Shown here: positions 41,689 to 57,022 of the stretch, piece after piece
Layout of the letters: every line of letters starts with the position of its first letter
Numbering within the stretch: the first letter of the stretch is position 1
Assembly: GCA_951406725.2 (NCBI GenBank)
Contig: OX597819.1
Location: 54,064,001 to 54,128,000 of the forward strand
Direction of reading: 5' to 3'
Length of the DNA stretch: 64,000 nt
Source: Octopus vulgaris
Lineage: Eukaryota
Notes under the pieces: generated by a model
The model's input: the letters and a program-made list of their open reading frames with translations, nothing else
Told to the model about the DNA's origin: nothing
Database searches by the model: none
Made by a program: the position numbers and the translations under genes

Positions 41689-42579
41689 CTTATACATGCA
41701 TACATATGTCCTCATCATCATCATTGTTTAACATCCACCTTCCATGCTGGCATGGGTGGAACAGTCAAAGACCTGGCCAGGCAGAAGCCTGCACCAGACT
41801 TCTGTAACTGTTTTGGCAGGATTTTTATAGCTGGATGCCCTTCCTAACATCAACCACTCAGCAGAGTGGACTACATATATGTGTGTGTGTGTATGTATGT
41901 ATGTATGTATGTATGTATGTATGTATGTATGTATGTATGTATGTATGTTTGTATGTATGTATGTATGTATGAATGCATGTATGTAGATATGTTTGTATGT
42001 CTGTATGTGTGTACATATATATTTATGTGTGTGTGTGTCTTTGCGTCTGTGTTTGTTCCTCACCATTGCTTAACAACCAGTGTTGGTGAGTTTATGTCCC
42101 TGTAACTTAGCGGTACAGTAAAAGACTAAAAGTATAAGTATTAGGCTTAAAGAAAAAAAAAGATATAAGTCCTGGGGGTGCTTTGTTTGACTAACACCCT
42201 TCAAGGTGGTGCCCCAGCATGGCCACAGTCAAATGACTGAAACAAGTAAAAGATAAAATATAATAGATCACATTTAAGTTCTATATTTGGATGGTTCTGT
42301 GATGATTTTTGAATTAATCAGTTCAATCGTATCCTTTAATTAAAAGCTTAACTTTCTTTATCCCTGAAACAAAGACAGAAAGAAAGAAGGAGAAAGGAAG
42401 AGACAGAGACAGAGAGAGAAGAGAAAGAGAGAGAGAGAGAGTTAATCGTAGGTATTATTGCCAAAATAGTTAACGAGGAATTATAATGTTTATGACACAG
42501 CTTCTTATATGGTATTAACGCATTAAATAACACACCTGTCAAAATATGTATGGGGAATATTACACTATTGTTTGAAACA

Positions 42580-42623
<44 letters not shown>

Positions 42624-42775
42624 GATGATGATTATGATGATCATCAATGTGCAATTAGGTAATTATTACGGTGTACAGACAACATTTTCATGAAGTGAAG
42701 TACATACATGTGTGTGTGTGTGTGCATAATATCTATTTATCTCTTTGTCTATCTATCTATCTGTCTATCTGTCTG

Positions 42776-42848
<73 letters not shown>

Positions 42849-42916
42849 CTATCTTTCTATCTATAAATATATATGCATATACACATATACATAGTTATAC
42901 TCACAACACATACACA

Positions 42917-42944
<28 letters not shown>

Positions 42945-42955
<11 letters not shown>

Positions 42956-43100
42956 GCTCAAACACAGTATATATTTATATTTTCACAATCCTCATCATTG
43001 ATATAATCCGGCCAACCATTTTGTAGCCATTTTCTATTCCAGGAGTGACTGTTCCTGTTTCAGACACAAAACTACAGCTGCATGGAAATATAATTAAAAA
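42945..43100. repeat. Direct duplication, copy 2 (exon-like module)
   Basis: Identical by eye to 41501-41656. Confidence 0.9.
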
Positions 43101-43305
43101 AGTAAATAAAAATATATTTCGAGTCACTGGTAGCAGTAGTGCATTGGTGATGGCGGTGGTTTTAGAGCTGGTGTTTTTGGTGATGATAGCGATGATGGTG
43201 ATAGCAGTGACGGTGGTGGTGGTGGTGGCAAAGATGGCAGTGGTGGTGGTAGCCATAGCTGTTTGTGTCTGTGTGTATTATGTGTATGCTACAACTATCT
43301 ATCTA

Positions 43306-43342
<37 letters not shown>

Positions 43343-43464
43343 TTGTGTGTGTGTGTATGTGTGTGTATTTATACATATACAGACACATAAATGCATGTAT
43401 ATACATAAACATATCTACGTACATATATATCTCTGTGTGTGTGTGTGTGTGTGTATGTATATCT

Positions 43465-43495
<31 letters not shown>

Positions 43496-43665
43496 TATAT
43501 ATATACATCTACATACATACAAGACACATATATATATTTATGTGTATATGTGTACATACGTGTATGTTTGTAAGTGTATAGTGTATATATATATATATAT
43601 ATATCATCATCATCATCATGTATAAAGGTATGCATACATATGCCTATATGTGTATATATATATAT

Positions 43666-43708
<43 letters not shown>

Positions 43709-44153
43709 CACACACTCACACATGTACAATGTACATACATACACGCATACTTGATAAGCTAAGTTTTAGTGACCCAGCACAAACCAGAGATTTCATGATG
43801 TCACAAAAGATAACCTTAAATCCTTGAACATTAGCACCATTAATTGGGGACATTTTACACTGAATAGAAGTTAATGGCAGTCTTTAGTCAGTGAGAACAG
43901 TTTTCAGTTTGAGAAAAATCAAATTGTCCCTGAAATAATGGAACCTAATGTCCTAAAACTGCAAATGGTTGAAGTTCTTTATAGTAAAGATTTTGAGGTC
44001 ACCGCACCTGTATGTCTTACTGTTGTATTCCACTTTCAAAAGTCATTCTTATCAGTGATGGAATACTTCAGGAGACCAACATGTATTTCTTAACCATTTT
44101 GTTACCATATTTCTGTTGAGAAGCTCTGTGTTTCTTTCAATTAATTTTTAATA

Positions 44154-44675
44154 CTGTAAATCCTCGAGTATAGTCCGCCCTTCAGTATAATACAGAGGGG
44201 ATTTTTAGGGGGCTGTACCTCTGAAAAACCTAAACCATGTGTATAATATGCACCCCTTCTCTAACTTGAGTTGTGCATAATTAAGCCAGCAGCACCTAGT
44301 CGAACAAACACTTCCATTCATGCATAATACTATAATGGTAATGTTCTTAACTATTATATGGGAATGTAAATATGTTTGCAAATTGTTTTTGTTACATGTT
44401 TTTCTGTGTTCTGAATACTTTTATTTTAATAAATGTTGCTTACTGCAAGTTATGGATGATTCTTTTATGACTTCATTGCTTTCAGACTTAGCTTAAGGTA
44501 TTTTCCTGCCCGACATCACAAAATGCATTTGAATAAATATTGCCAGACAGAAAATAAAGACTCGAACATTGCTTAGAGAATATTTTTCATTTTTAACTTT
44601 GTATGTAGTACACACTAGGGATTTTGACCTTTAAATTTTGGGGAAAAAATGCAGATTATACTCAAGAATTTATGG
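44154..44675. mobile_element. pogo/Tc2-like MITE nested in a TTAA-type MITE (family B, about 44090-44830)
   Basis: TA-flanked TIRs ctgtaaatcctcgagtata / tatactcaagaatttatgg; flanks are homologous to the reverse complement of 61860-61980. Confidence 0.75.
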
Positions 44676-45301
44676 TATAACAAAGAATTTAGTAAAATAA
44701 CTGAGTTATCGTTAAGCTAGAGTTAGGAATATAAATTGTGATTAAAGGCATGATGGAAGATTTTAATTCAGAACTTTTGAAAATAAGACATTTGTGTTAA
44801 AAAGCCAAATGTGGTTTCAGGTGTTTTAGCATGCTGTATCCAAGTACTACTGTCTTTTATGGTTAAATCCATACTTGTCAACAGTTTGGATGAAAATCCA
44901 TTTTAGACGAATGTATATGGATATGGGCAGAAGTGCATTTGATGAAGTCTTTGACCAAATGCCAAGCTACATGTAAAACCAAGTCAGGAGCCAGGTAATC
45001 AGCTAAGGATCCTTGCTGTAAAACAAGCTTTGGTATAGCTTTGAGCTCTCAAAACTATACCAAAGCAGACATTGAAATATGATACGGTCCTCTAATTTGG
45101 ATCATAACAAGACATCCAACTCTTGCCAGCATGAAGAATGGCTGTTAAATGATGATGACGATGATGATGATGACAGTGATGATGATATTACTTATATTAT
45201 ATATACATATGCACATACATATACACACATACATATATCATATACATATATATATATATCATATATGTATATATATATATATATGTAGGTTTGTCTGTAT
45301 G

Positions 45302-45349
<48 letters not shown>

Positions 45350-45402
45350 TATAAATATAGATATAGATATATACAAATATATATATACATATATATATAT
45401 AC

Positions 45403-45494
<92 letters not shown>

Positions 45495-45495
45495 A

Positions 45496-45882
45496 CTAGC
45501 AGTATCGCCCGGCGTTGCTCGGGTTTGTAAGGGCAATAACTATATAAGCATTTTTAGAGAGTTATAGCCAAAAAATAGCAAAAAAATGGAAAAAAAATGA
45601 TGGTAAATTTTTTTTTAAATCGTTGACTCATCGTAGACATTTTTAGAGAGTTACTTCCCTTATATAATAGCGAAAAAATGCATTAAAATGGAAAAAAATG
45701 ATGGTAAATTTTTTTTTTAATCGTAGACTCATCGTAGATGCGCGCTAATACCCAGAAGGGCTCGATATGATTCACGACTATAAGATTCCCAGTTTTGGTT
45801 AAACTGCACCGCAAAATGTGGGAGTAGTTAGGAATCTAAATCGTAGGAGACAGACACACAACTTGACTTTTATATATAAAGA
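45496..45882 (-). mobile_element. Non-autonomous Helitron
   Basis: Minus strand starts TC, has a subterminal hairpin CCCGAGCAACGCCGGG, ends CTAG, and lies between A and T within (TA)n; internal ~100-bp tandem duplication. Confidence 0.88.
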
Positions 45883-46125
45883 TATATATATATATATATA
45901 TATATAACATCATCCGAACGTGGCCAAAGCCAGTGCTGCCTTGACTGGCTTCCATGCCGATGGCACGTAAAAAGCACCATCTGATCATGGTTGATGCTAA
46001 GGAGGGCATCCAGCTGTAGAAATTTTGCCAGATCAGATTGGGGCCTGGTGCAGCCTCCTCGCTTTCCAGACCCCAGTCGAACCGTCAAACCCATGCCAGC
46101 ATGGAAAACAGACGTTAAACGATGA

Positions 46126-46183
<58 letters not shown>

Positions 46184-47678
46184 TGTATACATATTCATAC
46201 ATACACATATATAAATATATGTATGAAGTGGTTAGCATTAGGAAGGGCATCCAACCTTAGAAAACATGTTAAAGCTGCTACCAGAGCTCGGCAGCCCTGC
46301 AGCTTGCCAGATCCTGTCAAATCATCCAACCCTATGACATCATGGAAAATGGATATTAAATGATGATGATGATTATGATGGTGATGATATATATGGAGTA
46401 GTTTTGGTAAAGTATTATGTGATATTCCATTAAAGAGACTTGTTGGGTACGGCCAGAACAATGTGAGAAAGTATAAAGTAAACTACAAAAAGAAAAGAAA
46501 ACAAATCAATTTTGTAGTTCTACCTTATATTTCTATATTTTGATATTATGACTCCTTCTTCAGGACATACGGAAAAGTGAGGGATGGAAGAAAAAACAAA
46601 AATCGTTGCTCAGATGTGTTGGGGAAGAAGGTGATATGCACAGACTGGTGTTGCTATACCAACCAGTGCGCTTCATGTAGTTCTTTTCTGTTGGTTATGG
46701 CTGGCCTCAATTTGTTGATCTATATATATATATTATTTTTTAATTATCATAAGCCTCTTCATAAAGAACTATTTTAATAAAGAGGTTTTGGAATCTTTTC
46801 TTCTTTGGATGGCAGGACATATTTCTTATTTATGAAGTTCACTCATTTTTATGAAAATTATCTTGATGGCTGACCGACAAACCATAAAAAAACATTTCAT
46901 TCTATACAAAGTCAACCAGCAGCTAAAACACTACGCATTTGTAAAACAAGAAATGTATTCAATGAGACAAAATTATCATTTTCATAAAAACAAGTGAATT
47001 TAATAAACATGAAATATGCCTGTAATCCAAACGAGATAAAATTCCTAAAATAACATTAAATGGCTTTCAACAAATAAATTTATAAGATAAAAAAAAAACA
47101 TAAATGAAGCAAAATACAAGCATTCATAGAATGACATATCCAGAAAAATGAAACTCTAACTAGACAAAAATAAAATAATATTACAAAGCAAAATCAGAAA
47201 GTAATGAATAAAATAAACTGAGAAAATACTCTAAAATACTTAACAAAATAAAGTAATAATAGAAATCAACAAAAAGAACTGTTTAATGTCCACCTTCCAT
47301 GCTGTCATATCATGAGATGTAATGAAATGAACACGTTCACACTAACGGGTATATAAAAGAATAGCTACACTGAGTAAAAGCAGTTCTTGCCTGGTGATTG
47401 CTATAACATGAAACTTGGATCACAAGAAAGGAATTCAGTTTGAATAAGCCTGATACTCTACAACATTCATTGACAAAAAGTAATGATTGAAATGTTACAT
47501 ACTTCCAAACACTCAACAAATACATACACACATGCACACCACACATGCACGTGCACACACACACACACATATGCACATACACACATACACTCATACATAC
47601 ATATACACATGTGTAATGTACACAGATATGTGTAACCACACACATATACTGATAAGCACATGTACACTTGTAGGACAT

Positions 47679-47785
47679 ACACACATACAGATACACACAC
47701 ATACAGATACACACACATACAGATACACACACATACAGATACACACACATACAGATACACACACATACAGATACACACATACACA
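47679..47785. repeat. 16-bp minisatellite (acacacatacagatac), about 6 copies
   Basis: Directly visible. Confidence 0.85.
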
Positions 47786-48057
47786 CAATGTATTCTTTAC
47801 ACCATCCTCACTGACGTAATCTGGCCAATCAGAATCTGACTGGCCAGACTACTTCAATCCAGGAGTGACTCTTCCTGTTGCATTTACAATGATGAGGATG
47901 ATGATGATGATGACAACGAAGTTGATAATGATGATGTGGATGATGGTGACGATGATGATGACTGACTGATTGATCAATTGAGTGAGTGACTGATTTATTT
48001 ATTTATTCATTCAGTTCTTATAGAAGCTCCATGCCTTAGATTTACAAAGGATGGAAC

Positions 48058-48091
<34 letters not shown>

Positions 48092-48567
48092 GTCTTGGTA
48101 TAAAAGATGGGCTACAGCAAATATTCTGCTCAATACCACAGATTTGCTTGTCAGTTGTTTGACCTTAACCAGTTGAGCATGTCCCTTAGTGGCTGACGAT
48201 ATGTGCATCTCTGATCACGAGCAGAAGTAGTGGGGGAGCATCATAGCCATGTGTTGAGAGGGATTCTTTGGGGTTTGAATAGTTCACCTCTGGAAACATG
48301 GGTGGTTCTTTCAACATCCTTAAACAACCCTTATTCAGGGACCGTTTGAGCGGGATGGGCTACTCAACCTGAAGAAAATTCTAACTGGGCCCCACCTGCA
48401 AGGTCATGTGCTGTTTATCTTGATATGAGATCACCATGTCGCGCACATATGGTTGTGATGCATGTGCCTGGTGTACCTTTATCAGACGGGTAGTCATGAT
48501 GGGTATATTGGGCTTCGTATATTTTACCCCAGTGTCACTTTGATGGCATGAACTGCTCTCTCACTCA
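48092..48567 (+). mobile_element. (AAT)n-embedded retroelement non-coding segment; partial copies at 48604-48772 and 49770-50162
   Basis: Three homologous same-orientation copies, each abutting (AAT)n at one or both ends. Confidence 0.7.
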
Positions 48568-48802
48568 ATGATAATAATAATAATAATAATGATAATAATA
48601 ATAAATGCCCTGATGCTGTACCAGGCAGTGCTCACATGGCTTTTGATCTTAACTGATTAGAAGTGTTATCATGTACATGTTTTGTCTTGGTATAAAAGAT
48701 GGGCTACAGCAAATATTCTGCTCAATACCACAGATTTGTTTCTCAGTTGCTTGACTCTAACCAGTTGAGCATGTGTGTGCACTAACAATTCTACCAACTC
48801 AC

Positions 48803-48862
<60 letters not shown>

Positions 48863-48865
<3 letters not shown>

Positions 48866-49561
48866 CATGTAATGAAAAGAAATATTACAAGTAACTGCAG
48901 AATATGTGGAGATGGACACGAAACAATAAATCATATTATCTCTAGCTGCCCAGTCCTGGCTAAGAAGGAATATATTCACAGACATGACAGAGTTGGAACC
49001 TACATACATTGGAAGCTATGCCAACATTATGGAATAACAACAGAAAAAAGATGGTATAGGCACACACCAGAAAAGGTCACAGAAAACGAGAAAGCAACCA
49101 TACTCTGGGATATGCCGATACACACAGATAGAGAAATTAAGGCCAACAGACCAGATATAGTTGTCAGAGATCATGAAGAAAAAAATGCTTTCTAATTGAT
49201 GTATCAATACCGGCAGATGACAACGTGTCTCTAAAAGAAATGGAGAAACTCTCAAAATACAAAGACCTGGAAATAGAGGTAACTAGAATGTGGAACCTGA
49301 AAACAGAAACAATTCCTATCATAGTAGGTGCATTAGGCATGATAAAAAAATATTCAGACAAATACATAACAAAAACACCAGGACTTACAAACACATATAA
49401 CATACAGAAAATTGCACTACTAGGCACTGCACACATCCTACGCAGAACACTTTCCATACAATAACCATCAGAGCATCACAACAAATCACAGCACATACCC
49501 AAGGCACACAGAGCTGTGCTCGGTAGTGAAGTGAAAGCATGCTATAAAAATAAAACTACTG
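48863..49561 (+). mobile_element. 5'-truncated R4/Dong-clade non-LTR retrotransposon (CCHC knuckle plus restriction-like endonuclease)
   Basis: CRICG..ETINHIISSC, RHD, ILWD, RPDIVV, (frameshift) LIDVSIP..KLSKYKDL..PIIVGALG; one frameshift in an A run near 49180; flanked on both sides by (AAT)n. Confidence 0.92.
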
Positions 49562-49640
49562 AATAATAATAATAATAATAATAGTAATAATAATAATAAT
49601 AATAATAATAGTAATAATAATAATAATAATAATAATAGTA

Positions 49641-51425
<1,785 letters not shown>

Positions 51426-51788
51426 AATCAGCATTCAAAACCATGTTCTTGGAAACTTGGTCATATCTTCAACAATTGTCATTATGTTGTGATGTTGGAA
51501 ACCGTTGATATTTGACGTTATTTCTGTAACAATTAGGTAATGATAAATAATAGTACTAATTACAGAAAAAAAATTATAGCTAATCTAGATGTTGTTCAAT
51601 CTTGAATGGTAGTAGAAATTGCTAAAGTCAAAATCAAAAACATGGTTTTGGATGATGTAAGTTTATCGAGTCTTGTATAAGACTGTTTTATTTGGGTCAG
51701 TGTGCAGCTGGCTTTACTAATTCATTATTAAACTTTTATTTTTTTTATTGTTTTTCAGAAGAAATACATGTCTTTTTAATTTATAATT

Positions 51789-54418
51789 ATGTCAAAAAAA
51801 TTAAAACAAACTTTGAAAGAAGAAAACAGGATCTTCAATGAAGAATGGGAACTACAATATTTTTTAGTAAACAGTGGAAGCAAAATATCTTGCTTGTTTT
51901 GTGATACTGCAATTGTGATGGTTAAGAAATTCAATGCACAGCAACATTATGCTCTTCATAAAGACAATAAATATGTCAAATTAGAAAGTGAGCCTCAACA
52001 GATATTATTACAGAAATTAAAAGATGGAAAACAGAAGCAAAGACAATTTTTTTCAATGTGTTGCATCAAGGGAATGCTACAACAGAAGCCAGCTATAAAG
52101 TTGCATATTTACTTGGAAAAAGAGGTAAGCCATTCAGCGATGCAGAACTCATAAAGGAATGTATTTTAGAAGTGGTAGGATGTATAGATTCCAATAAAGT
52201 TAACAAATATAAAGGGGTGCCTCTTTCAAGAAGGATGATACAGACTGATAACATGAATTGGCCTGTAATGTAACAGAGCAATTGAAAAATATAATCCAAA
52301 AAGAAAATTTATATTGCTCAGTAGCATTGGATGACTCAACAGATTCCACAGATTCAGCACAAGTATTGTATTTTATTCGTGCTATAACTGATGATTTTCA
52401 ATTATATGATGAATTATTTGCTTTAGGCGCTCTTAAAGGAAATATGCGATATTTTTAACATCTTCAAAGAACAATGTCATAAAGTAGGACTAAATTTTAC
52501 TAATTTGATAAGTGTGTGCACAGATGGTGCTCCAGCTATGATGGCTGAAAATGATGTATTTATTGCACATCTTAAAAAAGTAACCAAAGAACCAAATGTA
52601 CTGATTTCTTTTCATTGTATTTTACATCAGCAAAATCTCTGTGCAAAATCTGTCATTTTAAAAGACACTTTGCAGAAAGTTATAAGTATTGTAAACTATA
52701 TTTGAGCAAATGCCCTGAAGCATTGTCAATTTTGAAACCTGTTGATGATGTATGACGAAGTGGATTTGCTTTATCACTCAAAAGTACGCTGGTTGTCTCA
52801 AGGGAAATTATTGGTCAAAATTTTGTCTTTATGAAGGCAAATAATTGACTTTTTCAAAGAAAACAACAAGCATTGTGATTAGTCAGATCCAAACTTTTAC
52901 AGAGATGTTGCATTTTTATGTGATGTGATGTCAAAACAAAATGAGTTAAACATTTTGTTGAAAGGCAAAAATAAATGTATTTATGATATGTGGTAAAAAG
53001 TTTGTGCATTTAGAAAAAAATTGTCATTTTTCAAATTCCTTTCACCTCAATCAAAACTTTCAGAAGAACACTTTCCTCAGCTTACAAAAGTAATGAGTGA
53101 AAATGAAGATATTTATGAATCTTTTGAAGAATGAGAGAAAAGTTGGACCTAAGAAGCATCAGATATGGTGTGCAAGAGAGATGTCTACACTGGTATGGTC
53201 ATGTGGCGAGAATGGATGAGGATAGCTGTGTGAAAAAGTTCCACATCCTAATGGTTGAGGGAACTTGTGGAAGAGGTAGACCCAGGAAGACCTGGGATGA
53301 AGTGGTGAAGCACGACCTTCGAACATTAGGTCTCACCGAGGCAATGACTAGTGACTGAGACTTTTGGAAATATGCTGTGCTTGAGAAGACCTGGCAAACT
53401 AAATGAGACCATAACCTTGTGGCCTATGCCAGGTGTGTAACCAGCCCACTTATGCGTGCCTTTCCTTCATTGGACACTAAACTCTCCTTGCGAAGACCTG
53501 TTGAGGCAAGTGAAATCGAAATTGAAATCAAGTTCGATGACTGGCATCCGTGCTAGTGGAGCTCTAAGAGCACCATCCGAGCATGATTGTTGCCAGAGTG
53601 GCTAACTGGCTTCCATGCTGGTGGCACATAAAAGGAACCATTCAAGTGTGATCATTACCAGTGTCGCTTTAATGGCACGGGAAAAAAACATTCGAGCAAG
53701 GTCATTGCCAGTGCCGCTGAACTGGCTCCAGTGCAGGTGGAATGTAAAAAGCACCATTTGAGTGTGGCTATTGCCAGTACTGACTGGCCCTTGTGCCGGT
53801 GACACGTAAAAGCACCCATTACACTCTCGGAGTGGTTGGCGTTAAGAAAAGCATCCAGTTATAGAAACTCTGCCAGATCAAGATTGGAGCCTGGTGCAGC
53901 CATCTGATTCGCTAGTCCTCAGTCAAATTGTCCAACCCATGATAGCATGGAAAGCAGACGTTAAATGATGATGATGAGTCAGTTTTAGACTCATTAATAG
54001 AAGAATATAATAAAAGATTCAATGATTTTGAAAAACATAACACCACTCTGAAACTTGCTTTTCAGCCTCACCTAGTTGATGTTTCAGAGGCTCCCAATGA
54101 ATTACAAATGGAGTTTATTGGAATGTCTGAAGATAATATCCTGAAATCTCTGTTTGACAAGAGGGAAAATCCTATAGAAATTTGGAAAAATGCGGTAGAA
54201 TTTCCTCATCTTCATGAACACGCACACCGACTAATCTCCTGCTTTTCTTCCACATAGTGTTGTGAATCCACATTCTCCTTCTTGATACAAATCAAGAATT
54301 GGCTGAGAATGAAATTGACAGATGAGCATTTGGAGGACCAATTGAAACTAAGAACCATTATGTTAGAGCCTGATATCAAAATGCTTTCTCAAAAAAAGCA
54401 AATTCAAAGAAGTCATTA
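51789..54418 (+). pseudogene. Decayed hAT (SPIN/Buster, GTF2IRD2-like) transposase, split by an RTE insertion
   Basis: R.FNEEWE..YF, GKPFSDAELIKEC, SVALDDSTD..DSAQ, SVCTDGAPAM, FHCILHQQNLC, VRWLSQG, CESTFS; many stops and frameshifts; probable right TIR aaaagattccccatccctg ending at 55203. Confidence 0.92.
53131..53977 (+). mobile_element. 5'-truncated RTE LINE (ORF end, 3'UTR with tandem units, (GAT)n tail)
   Basis: LHWYGHVARM...GRGRPRKTW...DL is the typical RTE C-terminus; the hAT frame resumes directly after the tail. Confidence 0.92.
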
Positions 54419-54574
54419 ATTTGTTTAAAAAGTACCTACTTGCCTAAACTATATATTCTCAATGTTATATTCTCAATGTTATATTCTCAATGTTCATAAG
54501 CTGTCTTTTTCATAAGATTATTATTCATTTACTTATTACTTGTATACAAGGTACCTACTTACTTATTCTTTTAT

Positions 54575-55012
<438 letters not shown>

Positions 55013-56139
55013 TATAATAAAATATTTGAAAAGTCATGCTTTTCGATTTCTACACACCTGTCTTTCTTTTATTAGATTACTAATAGATTACTTAGGGGAT
55101 AAAATAGCTAAATAAAAAAAATAACAATTTGTTCAATGCGGCCTCTATGAGGGATGATGAATTGTAGGGTGACCTTCAATCACAAAAAGATTCCCCATCC
55201 CTGGGTTAGTCAATTAAATTACTTCTGGGTTAGTCAATTAAATTACCTCCACCCCCAGGACTTGTCAACATCTCCAAAGTCAAACATGATCAATTTAATT
55301 GACATCCAATGTAGAATAAACCATGATTCAATTCAATTGATTTAAAGACAACAGCAAAATTCTTTTTATATAATTTTACTACAATTCTTCTTTGAATGTC
55401 TTCTCATTACTTCTTTACATCACACCTCACATCTCACAAGGGAACTGACTGTTGTTTAGCTCCAGACTAGACATGATCAAGAAAAATTCTGATAAAAGCT
55501 GTTTCAACTGTGATCAATTCTTTTTTATTGTAATTTTTTTTCCTGGTACAGTATACCTAGGACAAGTTTGTCCAATGGATCCATTTTTAAAGTCAACAGA
55601 GTGTAATTTGAAGATTTTACTGCTATTTCTAGCAAGTCAAGTGACCACAAGAAAAGCATCTTCTATGACACGCAATGGTAGACAGACTGCCTACTGACAC
55701 ACATAACATACTTGGTTTAGCATGATTAACAATTTTATTACAATTTCTTTTTACACAACGTGAATAAGAAATTTCTTTTCTGTTTGCTTTTATGTATTTA
55801 TTTATTTATTTATTTATTTTTACCTGATAAGATATAACTTCTCTAAATCTCAATTAAACTGCTCATAGATCGTTACAACACTCAAGAGAAATGGGAACAA
55901 ACATCTTGCTCTTTTGTTTTAAATTTTATGTTTTAACATACCTTGATAAATACAACATTCTATGAGCTAATAAATAAGCCTTCATGTCAGACATGGGGAA
56001 AACCCTTACCTGCCGTTGAAATTGCTCCTGGATTTGAATTTGAAACCATCTGCTGACAACAGTTTAAAGTCATAAAACTAAAACAATAAATTTATATAAG
56101 TTATACACAGACATGTAGGAAATAAACAGACACCTTTAA

Positions 56140-56538
56140 TTTTCAAAATCTTTTATTTGATATTAATTGGTTGAAGGAGAGGTTTTCTTCTAGCTGCTCG
56201 TCCATAATACCAAAGCTTATGCAGATATGTAACACACGTTCTTGGACTAACTTCTAGCTGTTTTGCAATGTCAGAAGCCTTCGAACGAGGTTCGTTTTCC
56301 ACAATTCTCTTCAAACACCGAAGCTTCCTTTCTGAGGGCCCAGGTTGGCTGGGACGAGAATCTGTTGATTCTTTCTTTTCCTTGGCTTTTGAATTGCACT
56401 ATAATTCTATTAACAGTAGCTAGACGTATTTGAAGATTTTTGGCAATTTTTCACTGGCTAAGACCAGCCTCAGATTACCCAACAATACGACCTCTTTGAA
56501 AATCTGACTGTTCTGCTGAATTTTTTGTGTGTTGCATG
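56140..56538 (-). pseudogene. Tc1-like transposase N-terminal (HTH) remnant
   Basis: SDFQRGRIVG*SEAGLSQ*KIAKNLQIRLATVNRII ... YYGRAARRKPLL; stops and a frameshift. Confidence 0.85.
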
Positions 56539-56935
56539 GTTACCCTTTGTAAATGTTTAATATAATGACACCTGGAATGAAAAAGAATAATTACATTGTA
56601 AATTCTACACCGCTGAAAACATATTAAGACGCTTAGATCAGAAATTTTGAAACTTAAAGGTGTCTATTTACTTCTTGCATGTCTGTGTATATCTGTCTAT
56701 GAATATGTTAAGGTAAAGATTAATTTTGTTTTTTTTTCAGTACAGAGGTGCACTTTCCTCTGCAAATTCTTATATATTTGCTTTTTGGCCTTGATACCAA
56801 AAATGGTTCCACATTCTTGCCCTATTAGCTTGGTATTGCAATTCAAAGAATGCTGAGCTGTATAATGGGTGTTTTCCAACTTTGTCTAATCAAAATTAAT
56901 ATTTTTGAATGCAAGATGTGAATAAGATTTATCTG

Positions 56936-56982
<47 letters not shown>

Positions 56983-57022
56983 GTGTGTGTGTATATATAT
57001 ATACACACATAATAATGACTTG

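Larger units (their letters stand above)
41180..43745. repeat. Compound microsatellite field [(TA)n, (TATG)n, (TCTA)n, (CT)n, (AAT)n, (CAT)n, (GTG)n, (CA)n] with RTE tails and SINE pieces
   Basis: Directly visible; explains the many low-complexity ORFs in the track. Confidence 0.9.

Noticed and set aside
46390-46565. CTGAAGA on the minus strand followed by long hairpins
   Set aside because: No in-register GAAA, stem III or cleavage triplet.
39431-47819. Numerous 60-180 aa ORFs rich in YI/CV/HT dipeptides
   Set aside because: They are translations of (TA)n, (TG)n and (TATG)n microsatellites.
53570-53820. CRISPR-like repeat/spacer appearance
   Set aside because: The 'spacers' are homologous to each other, the array lies in a LINE 3'UTR, there are no cas genes, and the DNA is eukaryotic.
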